Positions 61,010-64,000 of a stretch of DNA of 64,000 nucleotides are shown here, piece after piece. The position numbers were made by a program, and so were the translations under genes. How positions within the stretch are numbered: the stretch's first letter is position 1; each line of letters opens with the position of its first letter. The notes beneath the pieces were generated by a model. It was not told where the DNA came from. It did not search any database and saw nothing but the letters and a program-made list of their open reading frames with translations. Source of the DNA: Armatimonadota bacterium (GTDB taxonomy: Bacteria > Armatimonadota > HRBIN16); the NCBI GenBank assembly GCA_026003195.1, contig BPGU01000004.1:70317-134316 (forward strand), read 5' to 3'.

Positions 61010-62679
61010 GCACCCCTCTGCAACTGTTGCTGGGCATCAAAACCGACCCGATAGAGTATCGTTACTCCTACCCCTGGCTGTTCCGACTGGCGACAGAAGA
61101 GGGCGTGGAGTACATCCAGCTGGGGAGTACTTTCGAGTTCTACCTGTTGCCCGACGACTTCTTCCACTGGCTGCGCGAACAGGCGGAAAAGGCAGGGGTG
61201 CGCCTCTATAGCCTGTTCACCGCCCATCGCGAGCTGGGTGGTTTCTTCCGCAATGAGCCGGGCTGGGAAAGCGTCGCGCGGCGCATGTTCGAGCGGTATA
61301 TCCAGATTGGCAGCATTTTGGGAGCGCAATCGGTGGGACACAACCCGGGCGCGGTACTGCGTGACGAGATGCACACCAAAGCGCAGGGAGTCGCCCGCTA
61401 CCTGAAGCACTTCAAGGAGCTCATGCACTTTGCGCACGAGCAGGGCGTGCCCTGGCTGACCATTGAGCCGATGTCGTGTCTCGCCGAACCGCCTACCTTG
61501 CCCGAGGAGATTCGACAGATGGGCGAGGAGCTGGCGGCTTACCACCGCCAGCACCCCCACACCACCGCCCGTGTGGGCTTCTGCGCCGATGTGTCGCACG
61601 GTTACGCCGATGAGGCGGGCAACGTCGTTTGGGAGAACTTGCAAACCTTCGAAGCCACTCTGCCTTATCTGTACGAGGTGCATCTGAAGAATACCGATGT
61701 CCTCTTTCACTCCACCTTCGGTTTCAGCGAAGGGGAAAGGTCTAAAGGTATAGTGCAGATAGAACGGTTTCGCGACCTGCTTCATGCAAACGCACACCTT
61801 TTGCCGGTAGACAGGGTGGTGGGTTATCTGGAAATCTCGGGACCGAAGCTGGGGCGTGACTATAGCGATATCCACCTGGAGAGGCATCTGCGCGAATCGC
61901 TGAGATACCTGCGCGAAACGTGGTGCGCACTCCCGCAGCAGCCTGCAGCGTCATTCCCCACCCTTGCCCAGCCTTCCACAGAGCCGGTGCGTTTCTCGGC
62001 ATCGCTGATGTGCGCCGACCAGCTGAATCTGGAGCCGCATCTGCGCCAGCTGGAAGCGATGGGCGTTCACTATTTGCACGTGGACCTGATGGATGCGCAC
62101 TTCACGCCGAACATGCCGGTCGGTCTGGTGGTGCTAGAACAGCTGTGTGAGCGCACCCATCTGCCTCTGGACGTGCATCTCATGGTGGAGGACAACGACC
62201 TCTTCATCCGCAAGCTGTTGCCGCTGGGGGTACAGATGATTTCGGTGCACGCCGAGTCCGCCCGACATTTAGACCGCACGCTCAGCCTGATTCGCGAGGG
62301 CGGTGCGAAAGCCGGGGTTGCGCTCAACCCTGCCACACCGCTGGACACGCTGGATTACGTGTTAGAAAAACTGGACTTCGTGCTTATCATGGCCGTGAAC
62401 CCGGGTTTCGCCGGACAAAGGCTGATACCACAGACCCTGCGCAAAATCGCCGACTGCCGTCGCTATCTGGACGGACGTGGTTTCACAGAGATGCCCATTC
62501 AGGTGGACGGCAACGTGAGCTTCGAGAACATCCCGAAAATGGTGGCGGCAGGGGCGGATATTCTGGTGCTGGGCTCCAGTAGCCTCTATCATCCGGGGGC
62601 AACGCTCTGGCAGAACGGTCGGCAGGTGATGCAAGCGGTGCAGGAGGGGCTTCGCCGGCGCGCGGGAGGTGAGGCTTAG
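61006..62679 (+). CDS. Fusion: TIM-barrel sugar epimerase (EryC-like) + ribulose-phosphate 3-epimerase family domain
   Basis: N-terminal 'IEPMS', 'DVSHG', 'HLKNTD'; C-terminal 'HVDLMDAHF', 'DVHLMV', 'VNPGFAGQ', 'VDG'. Confidence 0.88.
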   Translation: MSTPLQLLLGIKTDPIEYRYSYPWLFRLATEEGVEYIQLGSTFEFYLLPDDFFHWLREQAEKAGVRLYSLFTAHRELGGFFRNEPGWESVARRMFERYIQIGSILGAQSVGHNPGAVLRDEMHTKAQGVARYLKHFKELMHFAHEQGVPWLTIEPMSCLAEPPTLPEEIRQMGEELAAYHRQHPHTTARVGFCADVSHGYADEAGNVVWENLQTFEATLPYLYEVHLKNTDVLFHSTFGFSEGERSKGIVQIERFRDLLHANAHLLPVDRVVGYLEISGPKLGRDYSDIHLERHLRESLRYLRETWCALPQQPAASFPTLAQPSTEPVRFSASLMCADQLNLEPHLRQLEAMGVHYLHVDLMDAHFTPNMPVGLVVLEQLCERTHLPLDVHLMVEDNDLFIRKLLPLGVQMISVHAESARHLDRTLSLIREGGAKAGVALNPATPLDTLDYVLEKLDFVLIMAVNPGFAGQRLIPQTLRKIADCRRYLDGRGFTEMPIQVDGNVSFENIPKMVAAGADILVLGSSSLYHPGATLWQNGRQVMQAVQEGLRRRAGGEA

Positions 62680-63744
62680 GTGAAAGCATTGGTGCTCCAT
62701 GCGATAGGCGATTTACGCTACGAGGAAGTTCCCCAGCCGGAACCCGGCGCGGGCGAGGTGCTGGTGCGTGTAGCGTACTGTGGCGTGTGCGGCTCCGACA
62801 TTCCCCGTATCTTCTCCAAAGGCACATATCGTTTCCCATTGATATGCGGTCATGAGTTTGCAGGTGTCGTGGAACGATGCGGTGAAGGTGTCACAGGCTT
62901 CGCGCCGGGCGACAGGGTGGCAGTCTTCCCCCTGATATGGTGCGGGCAGTGCGCCGCCTGTGAAAAGGGCAGGTATGTGCAGTGCGAGTCGTACGATTAC
63001 CTCGGCTCGCGGCGGGATGGAGCGTTCGCCGAGTATGTGGTGGCACCTGCTCGCAACCTGCTGCGTCTGCCAGAGGGCGTCAGCCTTCAGGAAGGGGCGA
63101 TGACCGAACCGGCAGCGGTGGCGCTCCATGCGCTGCGTCGTGCCGGGGGATGCCAACCGGGCGAAACGGTGGCGATATTTGGCGCGGGACCGATCGGGCT
63201 GATGGTGGCGCAGTGGGCGCGGACGATGGGCGCGTCGCAGGTGGTGCTTTTCGACGTGGTGGAGGAGAAGCTCACGCTGGCAAAGGAGCTGGGCTTTGCG
63301 CACACGTACCACTCCTTACACCATACGCCCGAAGAGGTCATCGTCTCCTGGACAAAGGGTCAGGGGGCGCATCTGTGTATCGAGGCGGCGGGAGTGCCCC
63401 CCGCACTCCTGCAGGCTTGTACCTGCGCCAGAAGGGGAGGACGGGTGGTGATGCTGGGCAACCCCTCGGCGGATGTCACCTTCCCTGCCGCTCTGCTCTC
63501 GCAGCTGATGCGGCGCGAGGTGAACCTGTATGGCACGTGGAACTCGGACTACGCGGTGTATAGCGAAGAGGATGACTGGCATGCCACCCTGCAGGCGATG
63601 GCGTCTGGGCAGTTAGACCTGCTGCCGCTCGTGACCCACCGCGTGCCGTTGAGCCGTGCCGCCGATACCTTGCACGCCATGCGCGATAGAAGGGGGTTCT
63701 TCTGCAAAGTGCTGATATATCCCGACGGACAGGAGGAAGAGTAA
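62680..63744 (+). CDS. Zn-dependent polyol(-phosphate) dehydrogenase (GatD-like)
   Basis: CGSD, GHE, CxxCxxC..C, GAGPIG. Confidence 0.93.
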   Translation: MKALVLHAIGDLRYEEVPQPEPGAGEVLVRVAYCGVCGSDIPRIFSKGTYRFPLICGHEFAGVVERCGEGVTGFAPGDRVAVFPLIWCGQCAACEKGRYVQCESYDYLGSRRDGAFAEYVVAPARNLLRLPEGVSLQEGAMTEPAAVALHALRRAGGCQPGETVAIFGAGPIGLMVAQWARTMGASQVVLFDVVEEKLTLAKELGFAHTYHSLHHTPEEVIVSWTKGQGAHLCIEAAGVPPALLQACTCARRGGRVVMLGNPSADVTFPAALLSQLMRREVNLYGTWNSDYAVYSEEDDWHATLQAMASGQLDLLPLVTHRVPLSRAADTLHAMRDRRGFFCKVLIYPDGQEEE

Positions 63745-64000
63745 TGCTGGCAGCTGTTCTGGAGAAACTGGGCAAGCTGGTGCTCCGGGAGGTGCCTGAG
63801 CCGGAGATAGACGACGATTCCGCGCTGTTGCGGGTGGAGTCGGTCAGTATCTGCGGCTCGGATGTGCGCATCCTGCACCATGGCAACCCGCGTGTGAAGC
63901 CTCCAGCAATTATCGGGCACGAGGCGGCAGGCGTGGTGGTGAAGGTGGGCAAAAACGTCACGCGCGTGAAGGAAGGCGACCGCGTAGCGATTGGTGCGGA
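63744..64000 (+). CDS. Second Zn-dependent dehydrogenase (runs off the window end)
   Basis: TAATG coupling; MLAAVLEKLG...ICGSD...IIGHEAAG. Confidence 0.88.
   Translation, partial: MLAAVLEKLGKLVLREVPEPEIDDDSALLRVESVSICGSDVRILHHGNPRVKPPAIIGHEAAGVVVKVGKNVTRVKEGDRVAIGA

Overview
About 64 kb of GC-rich bacterial chromosome made mostly of housekeeping, envelope and carbohydrate genes. I saw no CRISPR array, prophage or transposase. The lineage is inferred to be Armatimonadota-like, from the PEP-CTERM proteins, secreted proteins ending in a dockerin-like 'GDxDGDNEVTLxDF...FGxxGDE' domain, a DUF6785-type membrane protein and a BamA/TamA protein. Core loci: large (Alu-containing) SRP RNA-[hydrolase]-dnaX-ybaB-recR; tRNA-Tyr-tRNA-Thr-tuf-rpmG-tRNA-Trp-secE-nusG-rplK-rplA (not followed by rplJL); ppdK; dsbD; and an RpiR-led sugar operon at the right end. 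The best candidate for an undescribed system is a tightly coupled minus-strand operon of six uncharacterised, mostly membrane proteins (28814-32693, including a DUF6754-type gene). It sits behind a perfect TTGACA-17-TATAAT promoter and continues into NlpC/P60 and DUF92 genes. Other candidates: a signal-less ApbE next to a Tat-exported Gfo/Idh/MocA enzyme, a Tat-bearing GatC-like partner of a signal-less amidase, a PilGHI-like ABC/helical-protein module, an EryC-like/Rpe fusion, a ZAS anti-sigma factor with an STN-like tail, and a Met-rich secreted beta protein. Family names come from motif recognition by eye, not database searches. Several starts were moved from the ORF track to the RBS-supported codon.
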